Assembly: GCA_964646855.1 (NCBI GenBank)
Contig: CAZYHQ010000001.1
Span: forward strand, 3,414-67,413
Length of the DNA stretch: 64,000 nt
Source of the DNA: an uncultured archaeon
GTDB taxonomy: Archaea > Aenigmatarchaeota > Aenigmatarchaeia > CG10238-14 > SCSR01
Reading direction: 5' to 3'
Part shown: piece by piece, positions 19,583-28,449 of the stretch
Position numbering within the stretch: the stretch's first letter is position 1
Layout: every line of letters begins with the position of its first letter
Made by a program: the position numbers and the translations under genes
Notes under the pieces: generated by a model
What the model was told of the DNA's origin: nothing
The model's input: only the letters and a program-made list of their open reading frames with translations
The model's database searches: none

Positions 19583-19590
19583 GGATGCGT

Positions 19591-19606
19591 ACAGTTGGAC
19601 AACTGT
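19591..19606. repeat. inverted repeat ACAGTTG-GA-CAACTGT
   Basis: perfect 7-bp arms with 2-nt spacer, directly after the wHTH gene. Confidence 0.8.
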
Positions 19607-19809
19607 GTGTGCGTTAAAATCGTAGTTTGAATTTTTCTGACCTTTAGATTTCGTTTCTTTTTACAACGGTTTTTATAAGTCTTCTATATATATTCTATGA
19701 TCTTTCTTATTCTATTCTATATCTTAATAACAATAACAACACAACAACATGTTTTTCAGCTGGGAAACACGGTCAGATAGACAAACGAGTGTAAGGTGGC
19801 AGCGCTCAG

Positions 19810-19885
19810 AGCCTTCTCATAGGATGTTTTGTTTTTCATAGTTTTGTTGAAGTTTCATATTTTGTGTGAAATCTCATAAGTTGTG
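19810..19885 (+). repeat. four imperfect direct repeats with exact 19-bp period (core TYTCATA)
   Basis: TCATA starts at 19817, 19836, 19855 and 19874; units 3 and 4 approximate the palindrome TATGAAATTTCATA. Confidence 0.75.
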
Positions 19886-19938
19886 GAAAAAACTTTCAGA
19901 ACAACTAATATAAGTATGAAATTTTAATAAAATAACTT

Positions 19939-20160
19939 ATGCCAAGGCGCGGTTATCAACAGCTTTTCGAGATAGCAATAATCTCGGTTCTTGATCAGAA
20001 CATACCCACCAACGTAGAGGACATAAGGCGCAAAGTCTCTGAAAAAATCGGCCGGAAAGTGAGCTGGAACACAATCAAAAAATATCTCAGGACACTTCGC
20101 GATTCACAGAAAATTGAAGAGATTCATTCGGGCAAGATGGAAGTGTACAAACTCAAATAA
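19939..20160 (+). CDS. small winged-helix protein
   Basis: NVEDIRRKV...VSWNTIKKYLRTL..I...G..VYKL. Confidence 0.75.
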   Translation: MPRRGYQQLFEIAIISVLDQNIPTNVEDIRRKVSEKIGRKVSWNTIKKYLRTLRDSQKIEEIHSGKMEVYKLK

Positions 20161-20226
20161 AGAGCAAATTTTTGTCTCGCGCCGCGGAACGATTAAATCT
20201 TTTCAATACAATATGTTTATGTTTCT

Positions 20227-21414
20227 ATGGAGAGTTTGGAAATCATAAAAATTTTCATCAACAAAGGATTCCAGTTGGACAAAAAGGCGTTGGATTACTT
20301 GAGTTCCAACCCAGACACGATAAACAATCTCCTTACACGATTAGAATCCATGGAACAAAAACCGTTCATTGTTAATCTAGACATTGTCCAAAGCGCAGAG
20401 ACAAAGGCCGGAGTCTCCGTCATCAAAAAATTTACCGAAGGCAGAAAACCAAAATCTGTCCAAGAAGTAACGCAATTTTTTTTCAACCGATATCAAAAAT
20501 TCATTGAGCTGTTCTCGAACAGGCTCGAGATGGTTAATCTCATTTCAATAAACAAAGTGACAGACAAGACAAAGAAATTCTCTGTTGTAGGTCTGGTTAG
20601 AGAAAAGAGCGAAAGCGACAATTCCATCCTAGTCGAAGACTTCACCGGAGAGACGACACTGATTTTTTCTGACGGCGACAGGAGGTTTGACGAGGCGAAC
20701 ACGGATGATGTTTTGGGGTTTGTCTGCGAAAACGACAACGGTGCGAATTCAGTCAAAAACATAGTCTACCCAGACGTGCCTGTAAAAAAGGACACCGCCC
20801 GCACAAACGAAAACATAACATGCTACTTTTTCCCCGACCTGCACATTGACGCTGAAAATTTCGATGAAGAAAGATACAAACTAATGTTGAAGGAAGTCCA
20901 TTCCGACAGCGGCACAAAAATAATTTTTGTTTTAGGAGGGATTTCGCTCAACAAGGAACAAATATCAAAAGTAATCTCCGACCTACCAAAGGACGCATCC
21001 AAAGTAATAATGGTTTCTTCGGAAGATGCCGATTTTGAAATCGGAAGCAACACACTAAAAATTGGTGATCCGTGCGTAGTCGGCATCGGTCCTGTGAAAA
21101 TTTTCGTGTCACACGGCAACCTGTTTGAAAAATATATCAATGATTCGGGCAAACTTCCTGCAGAAACCCTGCTCGGTCTGGTGAGAAAACGTCACCTAAA
21201 CCCGAGGTTTGAACCAGACAAGAAAATATACGACGAAGACCCGTATTTTCTCGACACAATTCCGGACATATTTGCAATCGGGCACTTCCATAAACCAGGT
21301 CTTGTCAATTACAAAGGCGTAACAGTTTTGTCCACAGGCAGCCTAAGCGAGAATCCTATATTCTGGAAAATAAACTTAAGAACCAGAGAAAACTTAAAAA
21401 TTGATTTAACATAA
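20227..21414 (+). CDS. PolD small-subunit (DP1) paralog with degenerate nuclease motifs
   Basis: N-terminal helical domain, OB fold (RYQK, VVGLV, VEDFTG), RKRHLNP, PDIFAIGHFH; GDxxD and GNHD motifs lost. Confidence 0.85.
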   Translation: MESLEIIKIFINKGFQLDKKALDYLSSNPDTINNLLTRLESMEQKPFIVNLDIVQSAETKAGVSVIKKFTEGRKPKSVQEVTQFFFNRYQKFIELFSNRLEMVNLISINKVTDKTKKFSVVGLVREKSESDNSILVEDFTGETTLIFSDGDRRFDEANTDDVLGFVCENDNGANSVKNIVYPDVPVKKDTARTNENITCYFFPDLHIDAENFDEERYKLMLKEVHSDSGTKIIFVLGGISLNKEQISKVISDLPKDASKVIMVSSEDADFEIGSNTLKIGDPCVVGIGPVKIFVSHGNLFEKYINDSGKLPAETLLGLVRKRHLNPRFEPDKKIYDEDPYFLDTIPDIFAIGHFHKPGLVNYKGVTVLSTGSLSENPIFWKINLRTRENLKIDLT

Positions 21415-21421
21415 GATATTT

Positions 21422-24109
21422 ATGGAACTAGAATTTCAGCTACTGGATTGCGATTACGTCATTGTCGACAACCTGCCTGTTGTGAGAGTTTTCGGCAAAA
21501 CAGAAAGCGGCCAGACAACATGCGTGTTTTTCGAAAACTACTACCCGTATTTTTACATCCTGCCAAGAAAACAATCCGAATCAAGTGTTGTAAATTTCCT
21601 GAAATCCAAATTCAACAATCTGGTTTTAGACATCTCAATGGTAAGCAGATTCCTTCCAATAGGTTTCAGCGACGAAAAAACACAGTTGATGCTTGTAAAA
21701 TTACGCGACCCTTCGCAAGTGCCAACTGTCAGGGACGAGCTGCTCAAACAAGATTTTGTCCAAGAAATTTTCGAGGCCGACATACTTTTCAAATACAGGT
21801 TCATGATTGACAAAGATTTGGCCGGAATGAGATGGTACCGCGCCTCTGGAGAAGCCCTGAAAACAACAACTGTCAAAGCAGACAAGGTGATACGGGTCAA
21901 GAATCTGCAGAAAATCGAAAAACAAAATTCGAATCTAAAGTATGTCGCGATAGATATCGAAATTGCAACAGACAAGGAAGTTCTCATAGATTACAAAAAA
22001 AATCAGATATCGATGATCAGCATGGCATTTTCTGAACCGTTCGAGGGAAAGGAAAATCTGGTCTTGATAGCAAAGAAAGTCAAAACCGCAAACAACAACG
22101 TGATTTCCTTCAAGGACGAGGCAGAGATGCTGCAAGAATTTGCAGACACCATGGAAAGATTCGACCCAGACATCATCACAGGTTACAACATCAACGGCTT
22201 CGACATGCCTTACATACTCGAAAGACTCGCAATTGCAAAAGTTCCAAGGACAATCGGCAGATGCAACCAGAAACCAGCGATGTCCAAAAAATTTGGCAAC
22301 TATTACAAAAATGTTATAACAGGCAGAATTGTCGCAGACGTTTACGATCTAATCAGAGAATCCGTTAGCAAAGGATTCCTGCGACTGAAAAGATACGGAT
22401 TGGGAGATGTTTCTAAAGAACTGCTGGGCGAAGAAAAAGTCGATGTCGTGCACAGCGAAATCTCAAAATTCTGGATTGGCGACAGCGAGCAGTTTTCGAA
22501 ATTAATAGAATACGCAAGAAAAGACTCGCAGCTTGCATTAAAACTACTGATGGAAAAGAACATGCTAGACAAGTTTTTCGAGCTTTCAAAAATTTCAGGA
22601 CTGCTGCTCCAAGATGTTTTAGATGGCGGCGAGGCCAACAGAGTTGAAAACCTGTTGTTGAAAGAATTCAACAAGGAAGGATACGTCCTACCACTCAGAC
22701 CGTCTTCGCCAGAAATTCTGAACAGGAAAATAAAAAGAGAAGCGGAAGGTCTCAAGGGAGCTCTTGTCCTAGAGCCCAAAATCGGCCTGCACACAAACTG
22801 CACAGTCTATATGGACTTCAAAGCAATGTACCCATCGATTTTTATTTCGTACAATATTTGTCCGACTACTCTGCTGCTCAAGGAGAAGCAGATCGAACAC
22901 ATGGAAACTCCGAACGGCGCGAAATTCGTTTCCAAAAAAATTCGCGTCGGCATAATCCCGAAAATAGTTGAGCATCTTATTGAGGAAAGAGATTTGGTAC
23001 GAAACCAGATGAAAAACTCTTCGGACGATTTTGCGAGGCGACTTCTGGATGCAAAACAATACGCGTTAAAGATCATGGCGAACTCGTTCTACGGATACAC
23101 CGGCTACGTGAGGGCGAGGCTATATTTATTGGACATTGCCAATGCGATCACCGGTTGCGGCAGGTTCCTCATACAAAAAACCAAAGAAATAGTTGAAGCC
23201 GACAAAAATTTCGAAGTGATTTACGGGGACACAGATTCTATAATGGTCAAGACTAGCACAAAAAATCCGGACGAGGCGTTTTCAACAGGCGCAATAATCG
23301 AATCAAAAATAAACGAAGAGTTGCGTGGAATTGTGCAGATGAAGATTGAAAATGTTTTTAGAACGCTTCTGATTCTCTCTAAAAAGAGATATGCGGGCCT
23401 GTCATTGGAAAAAATAAACGGCTCATCGAGGGAAAAAATTTTAATGAAGGGAATCGAGACCATCAGGAGGGACTGGTGCGACCTCACGAGCGAAACGCTC
23501 TTCGGAGTTTTGGAAATAATGCTGAAAGAGGGGGATCCCAAAAAAGCAGTCAGATACGTAAAGACAGTACTCGTCGATTTGGAAAAAAACAAAATACCTG
23601 TCGAAAAACTCGTGATAACAAAAAGCATTTCCAAACCACTGAAGGAATACAAGGGAATCCAGCCACACATCGAGCTTCTGAAAAAACTGCGCAAGCGTGC
23701 GCCTGCAGGCTCGCCAGGCATCGGGGACAGAATAGGGTTCGTCATAACTCAGGGTTTGCAGCTCATGTCTGACAGGGCAGAGGATCCTGAATATGTAAAG
23801 GCAAACAATCTAAAAATCGATTCTAAATATTACATGGAAGGGCAGCTGTTGCCGCCGCTGGAAAGAGTTTTCGAAGCGATTGGCATCGGCAAGACAGACA
23901 TATTGAACGTCGGCAGGCAGATGATTTTGTCGGACGCAATTAAAAACGGAAACTCAAATTCAAAGAGTCACGTGCTGACGGACTTTGATGGTTTTGTCTG
24001 CGGCAAGTGCAATACGAATTTCAGGCGCCCGCCGCTCGTCGGAAAATGCAGGTGCGGCGGCGAACTTATGTTTTTCTCCGGACAAAACAGGTCAACAGTG
24101 ATAATGTGA
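21422..24109 (+). CDS. polB: family B DNA polymerase, Pol delta-like, with C-terminal Zn finger
   Basis: Exo DIE, GYNINGFD, YARKD; Pol DFKAMYPS, KIMANSFYG, YGDTDS, KKRYAG, KGIETIRRD; C-terminal CGKC..RRPPL.GKCRCGG. Confidence 0.96.
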   Translation: MELEFQLLDCDYVIVDNLPVVRVFGKTESGQTTCVFFENYYPYFYILPRKQSESSVVNFLKSKFNNLVLDISMVSRFLPIGFSDEKTQLMLVKLRDPSQVPTVRDELLKQDFVQEIFEADILFKYRFMIDKDLAGMRWYRASGEALKTTTVKADKVIRVKNLQKIEKQNSNLKYVAIDIEIATDKEVLIDYKKNQISMISMAFSEPFEGKENLVLIAKKVKTANNNVISFKDEAEMLQEFADTMERFDPDIITGYNINGFDMPYILERLAIAKVPRTIGRCNQKPAMSKKFGNYYKNVITGRIVADVYDLIRESVSKGFLRLKRYGLGDVSKELLGEEKVDVVHSEISKFWIGDSEQFSKLIEYARKDSQLALKLLMEKNMLDKFFELSKISGLLLQDVLDGGEANRVENLLLKEFNKEGYVLPLRPSSPEILNRKIKREAEGLKGALVLEPKIGLHTNCTVYMDFKAMYPSIFISYNICPTTLLLKEKQIEHMETPNGAKFVSKKIRVGIIPKIVEHLIEERDLVRNQMKNSSDDFARRLLDAKQYALKIMANSFYGYTGYVRARLYLLDIANAITGCGRFLIQKTKEIVEADKNFEVIYGDTDSIMVKTSTKNPDEAFSTGAIIESKINEELRGIVQMKIENVFRTLLILSKKRYAGLSLEKINGSSREKILMKGIETIRRDWCDLTSETLFGVLEIMLKEGDPKKAVRYVKTVLVDLEKNKIPVEKLVITKSISKPLKEYKGIQPHIELLKKLRKRAPAGSPGIGDRIGFVITQGLQLMSDRAEDPEYVKANNLKIDSKYYMEGQLLPPLERVFEAIGIGKTDILNVGRQMILSDAIKNGNSNSKSHVLTDFDGFVCGKCNTNFRRPPLVGKCRCGGELMFFSGQNRSTVIM

Positions 24110-24645
24110 GTTTTGCAGATTTAGATTTACAAATTTTGAAAATATTCAACCACCCATCATCAATAAACGTAGACATTTTTGTCGTGACTGCGATATTCGC
24201 AGTTTACGTTTTTCTGATTTACCTCGTCTACAACAACTTTAGAAAAAACTACACACCCAAATTCGCACACATAATTCTGGCTTCTATAATCGGCTACGCG
24301 TTTGTCACGGTGCTGAAATACATCGTTGCCAGACCCAGGCCGTACACGGACGCGAGCGTGGACGCCGTTATCACGAAACCTTACGACCCGCACAGTTTTC
24401 CGTCTGGTCACAGTTTCGTCGCCTTTCTGCTGCTGAATTTTCTGCCCGAAAGCTGGCCGAACTATGCAAAATATCTGGCGGCGGCCTACATAGTTTTCAT
24501 TCCTGTAGGATCAATGTACATAGGAGTTCACTACCCTTCGGATGTCTTATTCGGCTCTCTGCTCGGCTTCATTTTTCCGAAAATCCTCTCAGAAAAAATT
24601 TCTTTCAAAATATTTAACAAAATCTCACAGCTGCATCTTCGTTAG
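24106..24645 (+). CDS. PAP2-family membrane phosphatase
   Basis: KYIVARPRP, SFPSGH, GVHYPSD; GTG overlaps the polB stop. Confidence 0.88.
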   Translation: MSFADLDLQILKIFNHPSSINVDIFVVTAIFAVYVFLIYLVYNNFRKNYTPKFAHIILASIIGYAFVTVLKYIVARPRPYTDASVDAVITKPYDPHSFPSGHSFVAFLLLNFLPESWPNYAKYLAAAYIVFIPVGSMYIGVHYPSDVLFGSLLGFIFPKILSEKISFKIFNKISQLHLR

Positions 24646-26226
24646 CGTGTTGAACAGAATCGGTTTCGTAATCAAGAGCCCGGTAATGACACCAAACATC
24701 AGTACGAAACCGAATCCCCTGGCAAAGATTAACAACGCAACCGATGCCGCAAAAACTACCAGGTTAATCATCCAATTTATCCGACCGAACTTTTTGATTC
24801 TGTAAGAAAGGCTCAGGTCCTTCTTCTGCAGTATGTATTCCATGCCGAACAACATCTGCCCAATGCTTATCGCACCAAAAACAGAAAAGCCGTTAACAGT
24901 CGCCAAATCAATCAAGAAAAAAGTGAACTTCTGTACAACAGAGATGAGACCAAAAACTATGAACAGTTCTGCCAAGACCAACCCAGCCAAAACATACCAG
25001 TACCTGTACACTTTGTATCTCGTCTGGACTAAAACAAAACTTGCTGCAAGAGCCGAAATAAGAAAAGTCGCTACTGAAATTTCAGCAAAAAACCTCCCGC
25101 TCGGCTCCAAACTTTCTACCGAAACTTTTTCAAAATTCGTGTCCAACGGGTCTGAATTCAGGCAGAGATGAAGCTCTGCCCCTACATTTTCTAAGTTTTT
25201 CAAATTGTTGTCGAAGCTTACAACCGCAAGTCTGGCAATATTCTGCCTTGCAATTTCGCTTAGAACTGGCACCTCGTTGATTATCCGTTCGTCAAGTTTG
25301 AAAACAAAACCCGCGTCCAAGACGCTAATACCGCTCACAAAAAACGACTTTACACCTTTCGTAATTGTACTGAATCTGTCAGATGCGGTAGGTGAAACTG
25401 AAAGAGGAAGCTCCAACCTGAACGAACTGGCTTGCGGAACGTAATTCACAGACTGCAATCCAATGACTTCTACGTCGCTGTTGTTTGCAAAAATCTGTTT
25501 TGTTGTTATGGTCGTGTTCGATTCATGCTGCAATTTGGTTTCTACGTTATCCAAATAAAAACTTTCATCCAGCTGGTACCAGCTGCCGTTCAACTTAAAC
25601 TGCACACCGCTGAACTCAACTTCGTATCTTTTCCCATTCAGTTCCACAAAGCTTTCGTTTTGCGTCTGGCCAAATTTGCGTACCACTTCAATTGAAAATT
25701 TGCACGGTTTTGTCAGCGCTGAAATGTCCTTTTCCAAACTCATTATTTTAATTAAATCTTGCTCCAAACTTACGTCGTACCCGACAAGCTTCAGACCTTC
25801 AATTCTGCTTCTCATTGTCTCTAAAATTTCTCCAAGTTCACTGGCATCTTCGGCTTTGAGCTTGGTTGCAAAACTTTCTCCCAATTCACCACTCAGTTTT
25901 AGTTGAGAGCCGGAAACGTCGGACACTTCCACCCCGAGATAACCGTCTCTAATCGCCACGCAGCCAGCAGGGCCGCCATTCACAACCATTGGCACATACG
26001 TGCCGGCAGCAACATACAGCGTTTTTTCTTCAAAATCCTGCGAATCACCAATTATTGAGCCCGCAACCTGATTAACCGCAGCGCCCAAGCTCACACTTGA
26101 ACACTTGTTGGCAGGATCCAAGGACGAAACAACAACGCCGCTTGTTCTAAAAACATAAGGCGAAAAAACCAAATACGCGGCCAGCACAACAAGCACTAGA
26201 AGCAAATAAACTCTAAAGTTCGCCAT
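24625..26226 (-). CDS. divergent SecD-like membrane protein
   Basis: N-terminal TM, PDZ-like segment, RSRIE..L, large extracytoplasmic region with LD, then 5 C-terminal TMs ending GFG....GV..G..ITKP. Confidence 0.6.
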   Translation of the reverse strand: MANFRVYLLLVLVVLAAYLVFSPYVFRTSGVVVSSLDPANKCSSVSLGAAVNQVAGSIIGDSQDFEEKTLYVAAGTYVPMVVNGGPAGCVAIRDGYLGVEVSDVSGSQLKLSGELGESFATKLKAEDASELGEILETMRSRIEGLKLVGYDVSLEQDLIKIMSLEKDISALTKPCKFSIEVVRKFGQTQNESFVELNGKRYEVEFSGVQFKLNGSWYQLDESFYLDNVETKLQHESNTTITTKQIFANNSDVEVIGLQSVNYVPQASSFRLELPLSVSPTASDRFSTITKGVKSFFVSGISVLDAGFVFKLDERIINEVPVLSEIARQNIARLAVVSFDNNLKNLENVGAELHLCLNSDPLDTNFEKVSVESLEPSGRFFAEISVATFLISALAASFVLVQTRYKVYRYWYVLAGLVLAELFIVFGLISVVQKFTFFLIDLATVNGFSVFGAISIGQMLFGMEYILQKKDLSLSYRIKKFGRINWMINLVVFAASVALLIFARGFGFVLMFGVITGLLITKPILFNTLTKMQL

Positions 26227-26310
26227 TAATCCCACCAAAACTATTCGTGTAAAGTATTATTAATCCACAACACTTTTAAAAATAACTCCGCAACTAACTA
26301 AAAGATTAAG

Positions 26311-27624
26311 ATGAAAGTTTCTGTGATTGGTACAGGTTACGTAGGCCTTACCGCTGCCTGCCTAGCGGATTTCGGGCACAATGTTGTTTTAATCGGCAGG
26401 AGCAAAGACAAAATCGATGTGATTAACCAAGGAGCCTCGCCAATCTACGAGCCCGGTCTGGACGAAGTATTGAAAAGAAATATATCCGCTGGCAGGCTAC
26501 ACGCAACCACAGACTACAAAGAAATTGACGACAGCGACGTTGTTTTCATCTGTGTCGGTACGCCGTCCAACGATGACGGCTCTATAGATTTGTCTCAGGT
26601 CGAAGAATGCTCAATCCAAATCGCCGAGCGTCTGAAGAACAGCAGCAAATACAAAATCATAGTAGTCAAGAGCACCGTAGTGCCCAAAACCACAAAAAAC
26701 TTTGTCATACCAGTTCTCGAAAAGCATTCCGGTAAAAAAGCCGGCAAGGATTTTGGAGTCGGCATGAACCCGGAATTTTTGCGCGAAGGCACAGGAGTTT
26801 ATGATTTTGTGAACCCGGACAAAATTGTCATCGGCGGGCTTGATGAAAAATCTACTGCAACACTCTCAACCCTTTACGAAAATTTTGATAAAAAATTCCA
26901 CCGTGTTACAACAGATTTGACAACCGCGGAGATGATAAAATACGCGCAAAATTCCGCTCTGGCAGCAAGGATATCATTCATTAACGAGATTGCAAACATC
27001 TGCGAAAAATATTCCGTTGATGTCAAAGAAGTCGCTCATGCCATAGGTCTCGACACCAGAATAGGCCAGAGATTTTTGAGCGCCGGCATCGGTTTTGGCG
27101 GCAGCTGCTTTCCTAAAGACGTCAACGCTTTGATCTCAGCAGCAAAAGCCGTGGGCATAAACCCAGTTTTTCTTCAAACCATAATGGAAATCAACGAGCG
27201 GCAGCCACACAGACTAGTTGAGCTGGCAAAAGAAGCCGCCGGCGACCTGCATGGCAAAACAATTGCTGTGTTAGGTCTGGCATTCAAAAATGATACGGAT
27301 GATATGCGCGAATCGCGAGCAACGCCAATAATCAACAGCCTGCTGCACGCAGGCGCAAACGTGAGGGCTCACGACCCAAGAGCAATGGAGAACGCGAAGG
27401 AAATTTTCGGAGACAAAATTGAATACTGCAATTCCAAAGAAGAGTGTGTCCGCGGTGCGGATTTGTGCATGATCGTAACAGAGTGGGACGAATTCAGAAA
27501 TTTGGATTTGAATTCTGTGAAATGCCCGGTTATCGACGGCAGGAGAGTTCTGGATCCCGAGAAGGCAAAGTCACACGGATTAATTTACAAAGGAATAGGT
27601 TACAAGGGAAATTTTGGTGTTTGA
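26311..27624 (+). CDS. ugd: UDP-glucose/GDP-mannose 6-dehydrogenase
   Basis: GTGYVG, VKSTV, NPEFLREG, GFGGSCFPKD, LAFK..TDDMRES. Confidence 0.95.
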   Translation: MKVSVIGTGYVGLTAACLADFGHNVVLIGRSKDKIDVINQGASPIYEPGLDEVLKRNISAGRLHATTDYKEIDDSDVVFICVGTPSNDDGSIDLSQVEECSIQIAERLKNSSKYKIIVVKSTVVPKTTKNFVIPVLEKHSGKKAGKDFGVGMNPEFLREGTGVYDFVNPDKIVIGGLDEKSTATLSTLYENFDKKFHRVTTDLTTAEMIKYAQNSALAARISFINEIANICEKYSVDVKEVAHAIGLDTRIGQRFLSAGIGFGGSCFPKDVNALISAAKAVGINPVFLQTIMEINERQPHRLVELAKEAAGDLHGKTIAVLGLAFKNDTDDMRESRATPIINSLLHAGANVRAHDPRAMENAKEIFGDKIEYCNSKEECVRGADLCMIVTEWDEFRNLDLNSVKCPVIDGRRVLDPEKAKSHGLIYKGIGYKGNFGV

Positions 27625-28449
27625 ATGAAAGCGATAATTCTTGCCGCTGGCAGGGGCACCAGACTGAGGCCACTAACGTACGGCATACCTAAACCGCTGC
27701 TTCCGGTAAAAGGCAGGCCAATGTTGGACTGGGTAATCAGCAGCATCGTAGACAAATCCATCGACGAAATTATTGTTGCAGTTTCCGGAACTGTTGGCAA
27801 CGACGCAATGGAAAGAGTTTTGACACACATTCACGGAATTTGCATCGATTCTTATCTGAAAAACGCAAACTACAATTTTAACATAAGAACAATTCCAACC
27901 CCGCAAAGAGAGACTGCCGGTGACTTGAGATATGTGCTTGAAGAGATTGGTATGAGAAGTGGCGAAGTGCTGGTTGTCTACGGGGACAACATTACCTCAT
28001 TTAACATGTCACAGTTTGTCGATTATCACAGAAGTTGCAGAAAAGAGCTTGGAACTTCTGCGTCAGTCGTCTTGTTCGAGGCTCCGGAGCAAGAATTGCA
28101 CAGATTCGGCATAGCAAAAGTAAACCAAATAAAAAATTTCACCATGATTGAAAAATTCGTTGAGAAACCTTCATTGGCCGAAGCGCCATCAAGACTTGCC
28201 AGCGCAGGTTATTACATTTTGGAAGTTGGAGATGTGCTGGAAGCACTTTCACGCGAGAAGGTCAAAGTTGAAAATTCTTTGTTTCCAACACTGGCATCCC
28301 AAGGCAAACTGGCAGGGTTTGTTACCAAACTGCCATACTGGATTGACATAAGTACGATGGAAGCTTACAATCTCGCCAATCAGCTTGCGCACGACAATCT
28401 CATTTTGCCGCCACCTGTTCACGATGATAAGGATGGACGAAATAGTTAG
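27625..28449 (+). CDS. sugar-1-phosphate nucleotidyltransferase
   Basis: LAAGRGTRLRPLT...PKPLLP, YGD, FVEKP. Confidence 0.9.
   Translation: MKAIILAAGRGTRLRPLTYGIPKPLLPVKGRPMLDWVISSIVDKSIDEIIVAVSGTVGNDAMERVLTHIHGICIDSYLKNANYNFNIRTIPTPQRETAGDLRYVLEEIGMRSGEVLVVYGDNITSFNMSQFVDYHRSCRKELGTSASVVLFEAPEQELHRFGIAKVNQIKNFTMIEKFVEKPSLAEAPSRLASAGYYILEVGDVLEALSREKVKVENSLFPTLASQGKLAGFVTKLPYWIDISTMEAYNLANQLAHDNLILPPPVHDDKDGRNS

Noticed and set aside
19810..19885. Possible mini-CRISPR array
   Set aside because: The 19-bp period leaves no room for spacers, repeats are degenerate, and no cas genes are present
21422..24109. Intein in PolB
   Set aside because: Motifs A, B and C are normally spaced, with no insertion or splice-junction signature
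24500..24545. PAP2 motif C3 lacking Arg (GSMYIGVH instead of SRxxxGxH)
   Set aside because: Single substitution with catalytic His residues retained; too weak to claim altered function
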